DNA from: a virus
DNA length: 64,000 nucleotides
Virus record (IMG/VR): IMGVR_UViG_3300032285_004008
Direction: 5' to 3' (one strand)
The notes below the pieces were generated by a model, which made no database searches, was not told where the DNA came from, and was given only the letters and a program-made list of their open reading frames with translations. The translations under genes were made by a program, and so were the position numbers. Of the stretch, positions 45,408 through 55,786 are shown piece after piece. The first letter of the stretch is position 1, and the number at the start of each line of letters is the position of its first letter.

Positions 45408-47221
45408 TTTGTCGTTGCCTTGCTTTCCTTTAGCATCTTGAGCAGTTGTTGTTTATCTCGAACAATCTGCTCAAAGTTATCGGCTTTTGTATCTAGGGCC
45501 TGAATAACACGCTCTTCGATTGTGTTTTCAGTCACATAGTCAGTGATAATCACAGAGTCATGGATCTCTGAACCGATACGGTGTACTCGGTCAAGAGCCT
45601 GCTTGTGGTCAACCAAAGACCATGGTCGTTGTAGCATAACAAGACGGCGTGCAGTTGTCAAGGTGACACCAACACCACCGGCCTGGGCAGTAAAAAGAAT
45701 CCATTTAGTCTTGCCAGACTGGAAATCATCGATGGACTTCTGACGCTCATCCTGATCCTGAGCACCGGTAATTAGACCATGCTCGATCCCCTCCTTAGTC
45801 AGACGTGCACTAAGAATTTCAATAAGCTGACGAGATACGGCGCAGACTGCTACAGAGTCATCACCAAAATCGCCATTTTTCATATCATCCATCAGAGCAT
45901 CAACCTTACAGGAGGGGTCTGACAAAAGTACTTTTTCCTCACCGGTAGCCGGATCAATGGTCACATCGGCATAGGAGCTGGCTAGTTGAAGTAGACGCAA
46001 AGCCTGGGTGAGTGGGTTAGGTGCAACTACAGAATCTCCAACTGTCCCGTCCTCTTTCTCGATTAGGGCAATCATGTGGTCCAGCATTTGCTTATACGCT
46101 TTAGCCTGCTTTGCACCCATTTCGACATCACGACGTTCATTGATAACTTCTGGAAGCCAAGGTAGAACTCGAGACTTCAACATACGGCGCATGCGTGGAT
46201 TAATAGATGCGTAAAACTCTTGCTCCATGTGAGGCTTCACACCGAGAACCATCATTCCACCGAATGCGTTCAACATGGTATCAATCATTCGGTCAATCCA
46301 TTTAGTCTTTGATGGCCACTCTTCAGGAGATATCCAGTGCAAGATAGGCCACAGATCTACAACATCCTTAGCAATAGGTGTACCAGTCAATGCAAAACGA
46401 ATATCAGCATCACCAGTGGCTGCCCAAAGAGCACGGGTTTGCTTAGACTTAGGGTCCTTAGAGCGGTGGATCTCATCTGCAACTACAGACTTAAAGTTAA
46501 TCTCATTAAGCTCGCGCTGGTGGACTTCACAGCGGCTAGGAGTGATTCGAGAATCATGTCCCTTACAATCAATACAACGAGCCAATGCAATTGAGCCATA
46601 AGATGAAAGCTTTGAATGGGTGCGTAGTGACTCCCAGTTGATGACAATTACATCTGACTGCTGGTCAAACTGAGCACGACGCTGGGTGGCGGAACCATTG
46701 ATAACGGTGACATTTACTCCAGGCCACCACTTATCAAACTCTCGTTCCCAGTTCTTTTTGAGAGTATTTGGGCAGACAATGAGAGCTGGAAAAACCTCTT
46801 CACCACGATCGTGTAGCTTCTTGAGAGCACGTATAGCCTGAGCGGTCTTACCAAGTCCAGGTTCATCGGCAAGTAGGGCACGCTTAGAGGTTGCTAAAAA
46901 CTCAACTCCAGCACGCTGATGAGGAAATAAATCCTGGTCACCATCTTCCATAACATCTACATCACGTAGAGCATTAGATGGGTCGACTCGGTCAGCTTTC
47001 TCCCGCTTGGCCCACTCGGTCAATTTAGGCCCTAATTCGAGCTCAGCCTTGAATGTAGACCTTAAAGCCAGGCAGCCACCCCAGGACACAGGGATACGCC
47101 AAATCTGCTCCTTAGCGCTCCAGGAGGCTCCTGGAAGGCTTTTACAGAGCTCTTTTAAACGCCACTCGGCTGTAACCACAATGTGGGTTCCTGGGTCATC
47201 CAGCTCTACAAATACTGACAT
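45404..47221 (-). CDS. SNF2-family helicase
   Basis: DEPGLGKT, DEIH, LTGTP, GVGVTL, QALDRVHRIG. Confidence 0.92.
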   Translation of the reverse strand: MSVFVELDDPGTHIVVTAEWRLKELCKSLPGASWSAKEQIWRIPVSWGGCLALRSTFKAELELGPKLTEWAKREKADRVDPSNALRDVDVMEDGDQDLFPHQRAGVEFLATSKRALLADEPGLGKTAQAIRALKKLHDRGEEVFPALIVCPNTLKKNWEREFDKWWPGVNVTVINGSATQRRAQFDQQSDVIVINWESLRTHSKLSSYGSIALARCIDCKGHDSRITPSRCEVHQRELNEINFKSVVADEIHRSKDPKSKQTRALWAATGDADIRFALTGTPIAKDVVDLWPILHWISPEEWPSKTKWIDRMIDTMLNAFGGMMVLGVKPHMEQEFYASINPRMRRMLKSRVLPWLPEVINERRDVEMGAKQAKAYKQMLDHMIALIEKEDGTVGDSVVAPNPLTQALRLLQLASSYADVTIDPATGEEKVLLSDPSCKVDALMDDMKNGDFGDDSVAVCAVSRQLIEILSARLTKEGIEHGLITGAQDQDERQKSIDDFQSGKTKWILFTAQAGGVGVTLTTARRLVMLQRPWSLVDHKQALDRVHRIGSEIHDSVIITDYVTENTIEERVIQALDTKADNFEQIVRDKQQLLKMLKESKATTK

Positions 47222-47248
47222 TTGAGTCCTTAAATATGTTGTACGAAT

Positions 47249-47277
47249 ATATTATCAGAAAAAATAAAGTTTGTAAA
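47249..47277 (-). promoter_or_regulatory. SigA-type promoter inside an inverted repeat
   Basis: TTTACA-N17-TAATAT with extended TG; TATTATCA/TGATAATA arms at 47250 and 47285. Confidence 0.5.
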
Positions 47278-47295
47278 CTTTTTTTGATAATAACT

Positions 47296-47760
47296 TTAAT
47301 TTAATAAGTTTAGTGGTTTCCAGCCACTTTTGACAAGTCTTAGTAGCCCATGTCTGATTGCATCCAAAGCATGCCCTTCTCCACCCCTATGCCAGTACTC
47401 TAGCTTTTTTAGGGCTTCATTGGGGAACATAGCCTTGGCATCAGCGGGGGATTGGAAGTAGATATCGTCTGCCGGACGATCTACATCCATCAAACACTGC
47501 TTCAATATGCCAATCTGTTCCAGCGAATATGGAGCCTGAGAATTGCGCACCGTTTGCGCATTGATAGTAAATCGTTCGCAAACAACTTCGATTCCATCGC
47601 CCTCTGAGGCATAGAGTTCTAGGTACTGACGGATTGGTTTAGCGTATTCTTCTTGCTGAACCTCCCCAGACCAGATCAAAACTGGGTCACCACCCAACTC
47701 AAAGGAGAATAGGGCAATACCCGTGGCTTTTCCAGGGTCTACTGATAATACATATTTCAT
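47296..47760 (-). CDS. RuvC-like Holliday junction resolvase
   Basis: VLSVDPGKATG, VCERF, HALDA. Confidence 0.75.
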   Translation of the reverse strand: MKYVLSVDPGKATGIALFSFELGGDPVLIWSGEVQQEEYAKPIRQYLELYASEGDGIEVVCERFTINAQTVRNSQAPYSLEQIGILKQCLMDVDRPADDIYFQSPADAKAMFPNEALKKLEYWHRGGEGHALDAIRHGLLRLVKSGWKPLNLLN

Positions 47761-48080
47761 GTCCAGAACACATTTCCTACCTTATATTTTTCAAGGTATC
47801 GTTTACATTTTTTGCACGGTTCAGAATTAACAGGAGTACCATCTGCAGAAAGCCTAGCTACATACATAGTAGCCCCAGCAGCTCGTGGTCCTGCCTCCAA
47901 AAGAGCAGCCACTTCAGCGTGAACATGAGAGCGACGCCACCCCTTAGTTTGATCATTTACAATCTTGTTCACACCAGATGCAATAATCTGACCACGATAG
48001 ACAATTACAGCACCGTGCTGATACCTACATCGACTAGTTGCAGCAAGTGCAACAGCCTTGGTGATGTATTTACTCTTCAT
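47757..48080 (-). CDS. Zn-dependent cytidine/dCMP deaminase family protein
   Basis: HGAVI, HAE and PCKKC motifs. Confidence 0.85.
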   Translation of the reverse strand: MKSKYITKAVALAATSRCRYQHGAVIVYRGQIIASGVNKIVNDQTKGWRRSHVHAEVAALLEAGPRAAGATMYVARLSADGTPVNSEPCKKCKRYLEKYKVGNVFWT

Positions 48081-49897
48081 TAGTACTTCTCTCCCCAGTT
48101 CTCTAGGGGTCCATCAGCATCAGCAGTTAGAGGAACTGCCCAACCTTCTCGAGTTGTCATACACTCACGAACAATTTCTTTAATCTCTTCTGCCTGATTA
48201 CGAGGAGCATTGAGAACAATTTCGTCGTGAACAGGAACAATAAGCAGTTCAGTAAGATCAGCTTGATCTAGTTTTACTAGGTTTGATTTAAATATTTCAG
48301 CTGCACCACCCTGAATCAGATAGTTGACCAAAGTGTAGACACGATCTTCATCGCAAGGCAAACGACGACCAGTCCAAGTATTTACATACCCCTGACCTTC
48401 CTCACGAAGACGACGCATGCCGATATCTTCGACTTTCTTTTGGAACATAGCCATACCCGGGAATCGTTTATCAAACTCATCTGAAACGGCACGCATCTGA
48501 GTCTCTGGCACACCTGCAGTAAGAGCCTGCTTGGCAACACCTGCACCATATAGACGTCCATAAACTACACCCTTGATTAGACCACGGCGCTTATCGGACT
48601 TTTGCATAGTAGGGTCCTGATAAATTTCACGACCAATTTCGGTAAACGGATCAGAGCCGGTTGCGTCTGCAAGATTGAAAAGGCTAATAAGGTTCGGGTC
48701 CTTTGACAGAGTCGAGAACATACGGAACTCAACCTGATCTAGGTCAGAGGTAATAATTACGTGGTCATCGTCTTTCGGAAGGAATGCACGACGAACAGTA
48801 TCGTCACCCTTTGGCAGAGTTTGTAGCGCAGGGTTCTGAATAGACATGCGACCGGTACGAGCTCCCATAGTCTTAACCGATGGGTGTACAAATCCATTCA
48901 CATTGTCATTGATGAAGTTAGAGAAGTATGTGGAAGCGAGCTTGTCAGCTTTGCGTTGCTTTAGAACTGTATCTGCTAGCTGTTGAACTTCAGGAGTACC
49001 ATCACGCAGTAGAAGCTTCAGCTGATCCGCAGATGCAGACTTAGCACCAGACGGGGTTGTTTGGGTAATGGTAGCTCCTAGAGCTTCAAACTGGCGAACT
49101 AGCTGAGCATTACTTGTAATAGATAGACCGTTGTAGTTGTCTTTACCCCACTGCTTTACCTGCTCGGTATAGTCAATAAGTTCTTGATACTTGCGCTTTG
49201 AATAGTCCAAGTCAAGTCGGGCACCGTTTAGCTCCATACGAGTGACGATACGTCGAGTATTCATCTCAAGCTCGTAAGCCTGTGAGTATGGGCGACCAGG
49301 GGCACACTTTTCCCAAAACTGCTCAAACAGCTTCATAGTAAGAACAGTGTCCAAAGCACCATATGCCCAGTACGGCTGGTAATTAACTGGAACGGTTCCC
49401 CAAGTCCAGCCATTTTTTACCATACCATCGTCAAGCCCCTGCTGAAGACTAGCGGCTTTGGCATCAACATACTGAGAAGTTAGACGCTTTAGCGCACCAG
49501 AACCAAGAGGATCGATCAGGTGAGCCATAATCATGGTGTCATGAGCTTGATGCCAAGGAATATCCCAGTCGGACTGTACGTCAAACCATCGAGCTTCGAA
49601 TCCAATATTGTGACAGACAATAGGTCCATCAAATTGATTCATGCCTTGATAAAAAACGCCCTTCCAGTGATCCCACGGGATAGACCAGCCAGTTTGACCA
49701 TCACCAACCTGAACAAGACGTAAACGCCCATGCCAAGGAGATAGTGCATCATCACGCTTGCCACCAGGTAGCTCCCCTGTTTCTGTATCGATTGCAATTG
49801 CATTAAGAGGGCGACGTTCGCCCAGCCATGTCAGGAATTTACCTGCCTGCTCTACGCTATCTACTAGCTGTAGGCTGACATCACCCAATCCAGTCAT
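48080..49897 (-). CDS. polA: family A DNA polymerase (3'-5' exonuclease plus polymerase)
   Basis: DTET, HN..FE, TGRMS, DLDQVEFR, K...YG..YG, IQG.AA, VHDEI. Confidence 0.95.
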   Translation of the reverse strand: MTGLGDVSLQLVDSVEQAGKFLTWLGERRPLNAIAIDTETGELPGGKRDDALSPWHGRLRLVQVGDGQTGWSIPWDHWKGVFYQGMNQFDGPIVCHNIGFEARWFDVQSDWDIPWHQAHDTMIMAHLIDPLGSGALKRLTSQYVDAKAASLQQGLDDGMVKNGWTWGTVPVNYQPYWAYGALDTVLTMKLFEQFWEKCAPGRPYSQAYELEMNTRRIVTRMELNGARLDLDYSKRKYQELIDYTEQVKQWGKDNYNGLSITSNAQLVRQFEALGATITQTTPSGAKSASADQLKLLLRDGTPEVQQLADTVLKQRKADKLASTYFSNFINDNVNGFVHPSVKTMGARTGRMSIQNPALQTLPKGDDTVRRAFLPKDDDHVIITSDLDQVEFRMFSTLSKDPNLISLFNLADATGSDPFTEIGREIYQDPTMQKSDKRRGLIKGVVYGRLYGAGVAKQALTAGVPETQMRAVSDEFDKRFPGMAMFQKKVEDIGMRRLREEGQGYVNTWTGRRLPCDEDRVYTLVNYLIQGGAAEIFKSNLVKLDQADLTELLIVPVHDEIVLNAPRNQAEEIKEIVRECMTTREGWAVPLTADADGPLENWGEKY

Positions 49898-49924
49898 TCA
49901 GATCCTTATTAGTTGTGGAAGACC

Positions 49925-49954
49925 ACTCTAACAAATCTGATAATAACTTGTCAA
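49925..49954 (-). promoter_or_regulatory. SigA-type promoter for polA
   Basis: TTGACA-N18-TAGAGT with extended TG. Confidence 0.65.
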
Positions 49955-49972
49955 CTTAACCCGGCGTGTCGT

Positions 49973-50443
49973 TTAGGGGATAATTTCATATCTGTAAATA
50001 TTTGCAATATCTGCATCTGCTCGCGCAGCATCTTCTAGAAGCCTTTGAGCAACATTAGTTAGATAGCGAGCACCACCGTCGTCATATTTATATAACGCGT
50101 CAAGTACCGCAGATGGCTCCTCTGATACCTGAGCCCAATAACGATACTTTTCTGGAAAGATTAAATCAAGCTCTTCGGTTGGATTACACTCATCGCACGG
50201 TAGTGCATGGTCTTTAAGCTCGGAACTAGGGGCTTCTGTTAAGTTATATCGACGAACCAAAGCACAGGCAGCTCCATGAAAAACTAAAGAGACGCCGATA
50301 CGAGAGAGGATATAAGACCCGCTCTCGGTACGGTACAGCTCGAACTCAATCCAGCGGGTAGAGTCATTTCGCTTCGAGGAAGATTTTCCAAGAAGCTTAC
50401 CGTTGAATTGAAGCGTACGAGCTCCGTCTTTTACTTCAAACAT
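49973..50443 (-). CDS. hypothetical protein
   Basis: 156-aa ORF with RW.EF.LY.T..G.Y and H..C/CxxC. Confidence 0.7.
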   Translation of the reverse strand: MFEVKDGARTLQFNGKLLGKSSSKRNDSTRWIEFELYRTESGSYILSRIGVSLVFHGAACALVRRYNLTEAPSSELKDHALPCDECNPTEELDLIFPEKYRYWAQVSEEPSAVLDALYKYDDGGARYLTNVAQRLLEDAARADADIANIYRYEIIP

Positions 50444-50447
50444 GTGG

Positions 50448-50618
50448 TTATTTATTATCCTTAGGGGACACTTCTTCAGCTCTCTTCAAAGCAGCTCTAG
50501 TAGCATCTAACTCGGCTTCTAGCTCTATAATCTGAAAAACAGCCGTAGTTAACTTCTCTCTAGTTTTTAATAGAAGAACAGTTAGGGTTTCTTTAGATAT
50601 TTCTTCGTTATTAGTCAT
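50448..50618 (-). CDS. 56-aa coiled-coil protein (not in the ORF track)
   Basis: hand translation MTNNEEISKETLTVLLLKTREKLTTAVFQIIELEAELDATRAALKRAEEVSPKDNK; overlaps the stop of 50611..50967 and fills the gap. Confidence 0.65.
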   Translation of the reverse strand: MTNNEEISKETLTVLLLKTREKLTTAVFQIIELEAELDATRAALKRAEEVSPKDNK

Positions 50619-50967
50619 TTGGGGTCACTCTTCCTTTTTCATATAGGTACAAACCAATGCCCATAGCTTCCGAGATAGCATGACCAAGATTAAAACCAAG
50701 GGTCGAAGATCTATAAGAGATCGATGGATTTTCAGGTTGATCTCCAATTGGCAAGATAATATCTAGACTAGACTCTATTTCTTGTCTTATTGCTGAGTAA
50801 AACTCCGGTAGGGATTCAGCAGGAGTATTTAAGATATATTCTTCCATGCCAACTGATTGAACTGCTATCTCATTTTGCTCGGAATCTAATAGCTTCTTTA
50901 CTGTAGATATACTTTGAAGTACGCCATCAGAGTTTTTATTGTAAATAATTAGATAAATCCACTGCAT
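50611..50967 (-). CDS. hypothetical protein
   Basis: 118-aa ORF directly after the tail spike gene. Confidence 0.6.
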   Translation of the reverse strand: MQWIYLIIYNKNSDGVLQSISTVKKLLDSEQNEIAVQSVGMEEYILNTPAESLPEFYSAIRQEIESSLDIILPIGDQPENPSISYRSSTLGFNLGHAISEAMGIGLYLYEKGRVTPND

Positions 50968-50971
50968 AATT

Positions 50972-53611
50972 TTACGCTTTCTTCATTTTGTCTATAGTAG
51001 ATTCTAGCTCAGATATCCTGCTTTGATAATTTTTTAGAACAGGAATTATCGCAGCAACTAAAGTACCATAGTTAACCGATTCTGCTGAACCATCCTCATT
51101 ATGATGCACAAATAGGTTAAATCCCGCTTCATCTAAATCTTCTGCAATAAATCCAGGATAACGTTTTAATCCAGTAGGGTTATTTCCATTAGCGATATAT
51201 TCATTTTTATCAATCCAGGTCTTGGGTTGGAGATTTAAAATCCCCAAGCCGGTATCTAGAGGCTCTTCCAAAACCTTATACCTTCTAGAAGAGCTAAATC
51301 TGACCAAACCAGCACCGCTCGCCGATTGGTGGACCGCAGTGGAGTTACCAGTGGATGTGTTTGGATACATAGTCCCGGTGGGGGTGATTAGGACCCTAGT
51401 ATTAGAATTACTGTCTGTACCCCAAAGGCCGTCAGAAGTAGTTCCAGATGCCATAAGTATTCTAGACATAGCATGTATAGTATTAGTGCCGCTAGTAAGC
51501 CTTAGGGTTCCTGAAGCACCTAGATTTAGTTCATTTCCACCATAGGTGCTTATATATATGCCGCCACTAGATCTATAATAAGAATTGTATGCACCAATGT
51601 CACCGCTGTACTGCCATGCTAGAGCATTAATATTATAATCTAATCCAACTAAAAAGTCAGACCACTGGGCCGAAGTTCCAATTATTCCTTTAAAATACCC
51701 ACTCTTCAAAAAAGAAACACCAGTAAAGGTAACCGGGTACCCTGAAACTTGGTGATTTCCAATAATAACTTCGCTAGAACCGTATGCTGGATTACCACCA
51801 CTATCTACTGAATCAGCAAATGTTATGGATGTAGAAGCTAAAATCTTGTCACCAGTAATTGCCCTAGATGAGATTTTTTCTGCGGTGACAGCACCAACAT
51901 CTAGCTTATCTGTAGTTATAGCATTACTTTTTATACTACCGGCTTCAATTGTTAAAGCACTGATTAGGCTTCCGGTAATAGTATTTCCAACAATCACATC
52001 AGATGCAGTAACTGATCCCTTAACAATATTAGCGCCGTTAATTACTCTGCCGATAATGTCTGTATCCACTAGTGGCTGTACAGAAATATTAGCCTGCGCT
52101 GAGGGAGACGTTTTTATTCCGTTTGACTCCATCAAAACTAGTCTGAAATAGTATGTAGTGTTGTACGCCAGGCTAGGAGCTACTAAAGTACCAGATACTC
52201 CGTTATAAGTAATAGTTCCGATAAATGTTGCGCTAGAAGGGGTAAATCCAGAGGTAGTCGAATAGTGTACTTCTGCATATAAAACAGTATTAGGTTCTAA
52301 AGTACCTAGGTAGTCTTTACCATCCCATGCGACAGTTACTACACCTAATCTAGAAGTAAGAGTCGGGGTAGACGGGGCTTTTGCCACGGAGGCAGGGACA
52401 GACGTTACTAAGTGGTAGACATTGGATATAGTAGAAACCTGAGCAGGTTTTCCAGAGTCAAAAGCCTTTACTGCAACATATAAATCAACACTTATAGCGT
52501 AGTCAACCGACAATATTTGACTAGTACTATTACCATAGAAGGTAATCTCTTTCCAGTCATCAGTAAGCTTATTTTTATATAAAACAATATAACCAGCTAA
52601 ATCTCTAAGAGTCTTACCATTAGCATTCTGAGTAGGAGCGGTCCAGGTTACGGTAACAAGCGAAGTAGATTCTCCACCCGGCTTTGTATTTCCAACGCTA
52701 GTAGCCGAAACATTGGTAGGTGGTTTAGGCGCAACACCATCGTCTGGAACAGAGGAGCTGGCATAGTCAACCCATTTGAACCCGTCCCAAATATAAACGC
52801 CATTGGTATCTGGACCAGTAACAGATGTATCAACCCAGGTATCTCCAACCTGAACATATTCATGGAATACAGCCCCGGCATAGGCATCCAAATTTAAAGT
52901 AGTCTCTGGAATAGGGTCTGCCAGCGGGGTATCAAGATTATATGTTAGAACACCCGGATTCTCCTGAGCCCCTGTAACAATAAACGCGCCATCTAGAGCA
53001 GTACTTACTCCATATACTGAAATTACGTCACCAGTCTGCAGATGCATTGCAGTAGAGGCTAGCTTTAACGTGACCGTAGAATCAACTGCCGAATATTTAG
53101 AAACTTTGTATCTGTTATACATTGTAATCGGAGTAGTTGTTTTATCAGATAGAGATACCTTAAATGAAAAAACGTAGACTCCACTTGAAGCAGTAGCTAT
53201 CTTTTTAGTAGACGTGCTGTAAGCTTTTTGTACATCTAAAATAGTGTGAGCTCCGCTAAAATCTTCGTAGCCGATAGCCCTACGAACACCGTAAAGTAGT
53301 ACTTTATCTCCAGCCACAAATCCGTGAGGAGATTCTGTATAAATCTCTATGCGTGCAGAACCACCAGTGAGATTTCCCCCGACCAGCTTGGAGCTTATAA
53401 TTCTCTTATAGCTAGAGGGGGCATTAGGTCCTACTGTAGAAATTGGAGTATTGATAACATCAACCATAGAATCAGAACTGACGGCAGCAGTGGCAGCATA
53501 ATTAAATGCTCCGCCACCATACGGGCGTGATTCTAGGTGACGTATCCTAGTGTCTACGTTATTTAAAACTGTTGTAAGTTTTTTTCTATTGCGCTGTATA
53601 GCCAAGGACAT
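50972..53611 (-). CDS. minor tail / spike protein with FN3 domains and C-terminal S74-type intramolecular chaperone
   Basis: FN3-like segments; ITxDK repeats; SSRRYK...GFIAEDL...VNY..L..coiled coil. Confidence 0.8.
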   Translation of the reverse strand: MSLAIQRNRKKLTTVLNNVDTRIRHLESRPYGGGAFNYAATAAVSSDSMVDVINTPISTVGPNAPSSYKRIISSKLVGGNLTGGSARIEIYTESPHGFVAGDKVLLYGVRRAIGYEDFSGAHTILDVQKAYSTSTKKIATASSGVYVFSFKVSLSDKTTTPITMYNRYKVSKYSAVDSTVTLKLASTAMHLQTGDVISVYGVSTALDGAFIVTGAQENPGVLTYNLDTPLADPIPETTLNLDAYAGAVFHEYVQVGDTWVDTSVTGPDTNGVYIWDGFKWVDYASSSVPDDGVAPKPPTNVSATSVGNTKPGGESTSLVTVTWTAPTQNANGKTLRDLAGYIVLYKNKLTDDWKEITFYGNSTSQILSVDYAISVDLYVAVKAFDSGKPAQVSTISNVYHLVTSVPASVAKAPSTPTLTSRLGVVTVAWDGKDYLGTLEPNTVLYAEVHYSTTSGFTPSSATFIGTITYNGVSGTLVAPSLAYNTTYYFRLVLMESNGIKTSPSAQANISVQPLVDTDIIGRVINGANIVKGSVTASDVIVGNTITGSLISALTIEAGSIKSNAITTDKLDVGAVTAEKISSRAITGDKILASTSITFADSVDSGGNPAYGSSEVIIGNHQVSGYPVTFTGVSFLKSGYFKGIIGTSAQWSDFLVGLDYNINALAWQYSGDIGAYNSYYRSSGGIYISTYGGNELNLGASGTLRLTSGTNTIHAMSRILMASGTTSDGLWGTDSNSNTRVLITPTGTMYPNTSTGNSTAVHQSASGAGLVRFSSSRRYKVLEEPLDTGLGILNLQPKTWIDKNEYIANGNNPTGLKRYPGFIAEDLDEAGFNLFVHHNEDGSAESVNYGTLVAAIIPVLKNYQSRISELESTIDKMKKA

Positions 53612-55745
53612 CCACCTGCGGTTCTGTAATTAGCTGAAGAGTCACTTCTTCAGGATATGACGGACTATCTGGTACGTTAACTGTGTAGGAAACAATTTTC
53701 CTAACAAGTACGCTACTTCTAGGCTCAATCGGGGTTAGAATTCTACCTCCGGCTTCATACCCAGCTCTAAGCCGTGAGTTCACATAGTCATCGTTTACTA
53801 TTAGAGAGCACCAATCTCCAGGCACGTAGCTTCCAACAAATGGATGCATAGACCCGTTTACTGTTACCGAGAAGTTAGAAATAGGTGGGCGAGCCTGATC
53901 TAGATATTGTTTTCCATACTCGTAAAGCTTGTGTGGATCATAAATTGTTTGTTGACTTTCAATCTGATCAAGAAGAGGCCAACCCTCTTCCAGCATATCT
54001 ACTGCTGTAACAGCTACATAAGGCTGAGCCGAAGAAGAATCTATTTCAGAGTTATTTCCACGTACCCAGAATCTTGTTGCTGCGTCTTCAGCACTTTCTT
54101 CTAGGGTTAGATCAATGATATTTCCAGGGTGCTCAAATACCAACTTATCTGCACCTAGCGCAGAAGGCGGGACAGTGTTTCCCGGAGGTAGAGTTCCGCC
54201 ATAGTTATCTTGCAGATATTGCGTATATACAGCCGGGAAATAAGGCATTATTACAAAAGTCTTTTTAAAAGTTTTAGTTGTTGAATCATAGCGAGCATCA
54301 ATCCTGTACTCGAAACCCTTTAGAGTATTTGAGTAGTTATTTAGGATATCTCCCATAAATTCTAGGTTAGACCCAAGGTAAGGGTCATTCTGCATAAACT
54401 TTCCACTAATCTCTGAAGTAGAGTAGTCAATTTTTAAATCCGACTGAGCAGTATATGGACCGTAGTCAGCATAGAATACCTGAGATTTGACAGTAACAGT
54501 ACCAGAAGCAGCTGCAGCCTTACTAGGGGCCTCGACGCTATAAAATCGAACCTCTCCAGCTTTAGCTACGTAAGCAACTGGATTTATACCGTCAGTATTT
54601 ACATCGACACCGGAAACAACTGCCTCATCGCCAACGGTAAAAGTGACAGGTTGGTTTGAGCTATCTACAACAGTCAGGATGGATACTGATGGATATAGAG
54701 AGTGCTTAATTTGAGTAGCTACCGAAGTCTTTGCTGTAACTATTGATGCAACTTGCTTCTTTGTCACATTTCCTATTAGGTTTCTAATAGTGACTGAACC
54801 TGTGGGCGCCTGGGTGTCAAGGGTAATTGTATTGTTAGTGGTGTTTACACTAACTACTTTATGCTCACCAGTAAACCCTGGTGTATTAGTGATCTTTATA
54901 CCCTGACCAGGAGTTAGATTGCCTGACAAAGAGCTAACATGAACTAGGGCCTTGCCAGTACCATCATTAGTGATGCTTGTAATATCATCAAAATAGTTTA
55001 GGTTGATGTCGCCTGGATATCCAGCTTCGTAGTATTGGTTATCTGCCTTATCAAAAAAGTCCACATTTATATCATTGAGAATTTTTCTAGCATACTCGTA
55101 GGTGTCTACATACGCAGTAATACCGACAATCTGAGCCGGACCATCTTCGATAGGCCCTATAGTCTCACCAAACTGATTAATAGCCATATTCCCCACACTG
55201 AAAGTGGTAGAAGTAGGTGTGACATCGTCAGTAATTGTGTAATATCCTGTAAAAGCAGCATCAGTCTTTGAGTCCATTAGGTTGATATAAACCTTAGCCC
55301 CTACCCTAAAGGCTCCTGACATAGGGTGCTGAGGGTCAACAACTACAGTACCGACACCATTAGTAAAATCTAGATCAGCTGTAGCTGAGTTATTTCTATC
55401 AGCCCATTGAGCACGGTGGTGTAGGTAGCTTATAAACTCTGATGCATTTACTTCTAGTACTTTTTCTTTAATATTGTAGGTACGGGACCAAATAATACCG
55501 CCCCATACACAGACATTATTTCTAAGAATGTAAAGTGCTGTTTTTCCCGGAAGAGTGTTTCCATACAGATCCAGGTTATAGGTATCATCAATTACCGGAA
55601 TACTGCCAGAGAAAGTTCCGGCATCTCTAATATTACGACCGTATGTTACGTTCTTAAATGGAACTTCGGCAATAACTTCATTAGTTACAAAGTCACAAAG
55701 GATATAGGTATAGTTAGCCAGAAGGTCAGATTTATTCTGAAGCAT
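53586..55745 (-). CDS. minor tail protein (baseplate hub-like)
   Basis: follows the Dit-like gene; VWGGIIWSR, FEHPGNI, Y.PGDW motifs. Confidence 0.75.
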   Translation of the reverse strand: MLQNKSDLLANYTYILCDFVTNEVIAEVPFKNVTYGRNIRDAGTFSGSIPVIDDTYNLDLYGNTLPGKTALYILRNNVCVWGGIIWSRTYNIKEKVLEVNASEFISYLHHRAQWADRNNSATADLDFTNGVGTVVVDPQHPMSGAFRVGAKVYINLMDSKTDAAFTGYYTITDDVTPTSTTFSVGNMAINQFGETIGPIEDGPAQIVGITAYVDTYEYARKILNDINVDFFDKADNQYYEAGYPGDINLNYFDDITSITNDGTGKALVHVSSLSGNLTPGQGIKITNTPGFTGEHKVVSVNTTNNTITLDTQAPTGSVTIRNLIGNVTKKQVASIVTAKTSVATQIKHSLYPSVSILTVVDSSNQPVTFTVGDEAVVSGVDVNTDGINPVAYVAKAGEVRFYSVEAPSKAAAASGTVTVKSQVFYADYGPYTAQSDLKIDYSTSEISGKFMQNDPYLGSNLEFMGDILNNYSNTLKGFEYRIDARYDSTTKTFKKTFVIMPYFPAVYTQYLQDNYGGTLPPGNTVPPSALGADKLVFEHPGNIIDLTLEESAEDAATRFWVRGNNSEIDSSSAQPYVAVTAVDMLEEGWPLLDQIESQQTIYDPHKLYEYGKQYLDQARPPISNFSVTVNGSMHPFVGSYVPGDWCSLIVNDDYVNSRLRAGYEAGGRILTPIEPRSSVLVRKIVSYTVNVPDSPSYPEEVTLQLITEPQVDVLGYTAQ

Positions 55746-55786
55746 AAAATATCCTTTATATCAATTTGTCATTAGTAGTATCAATA

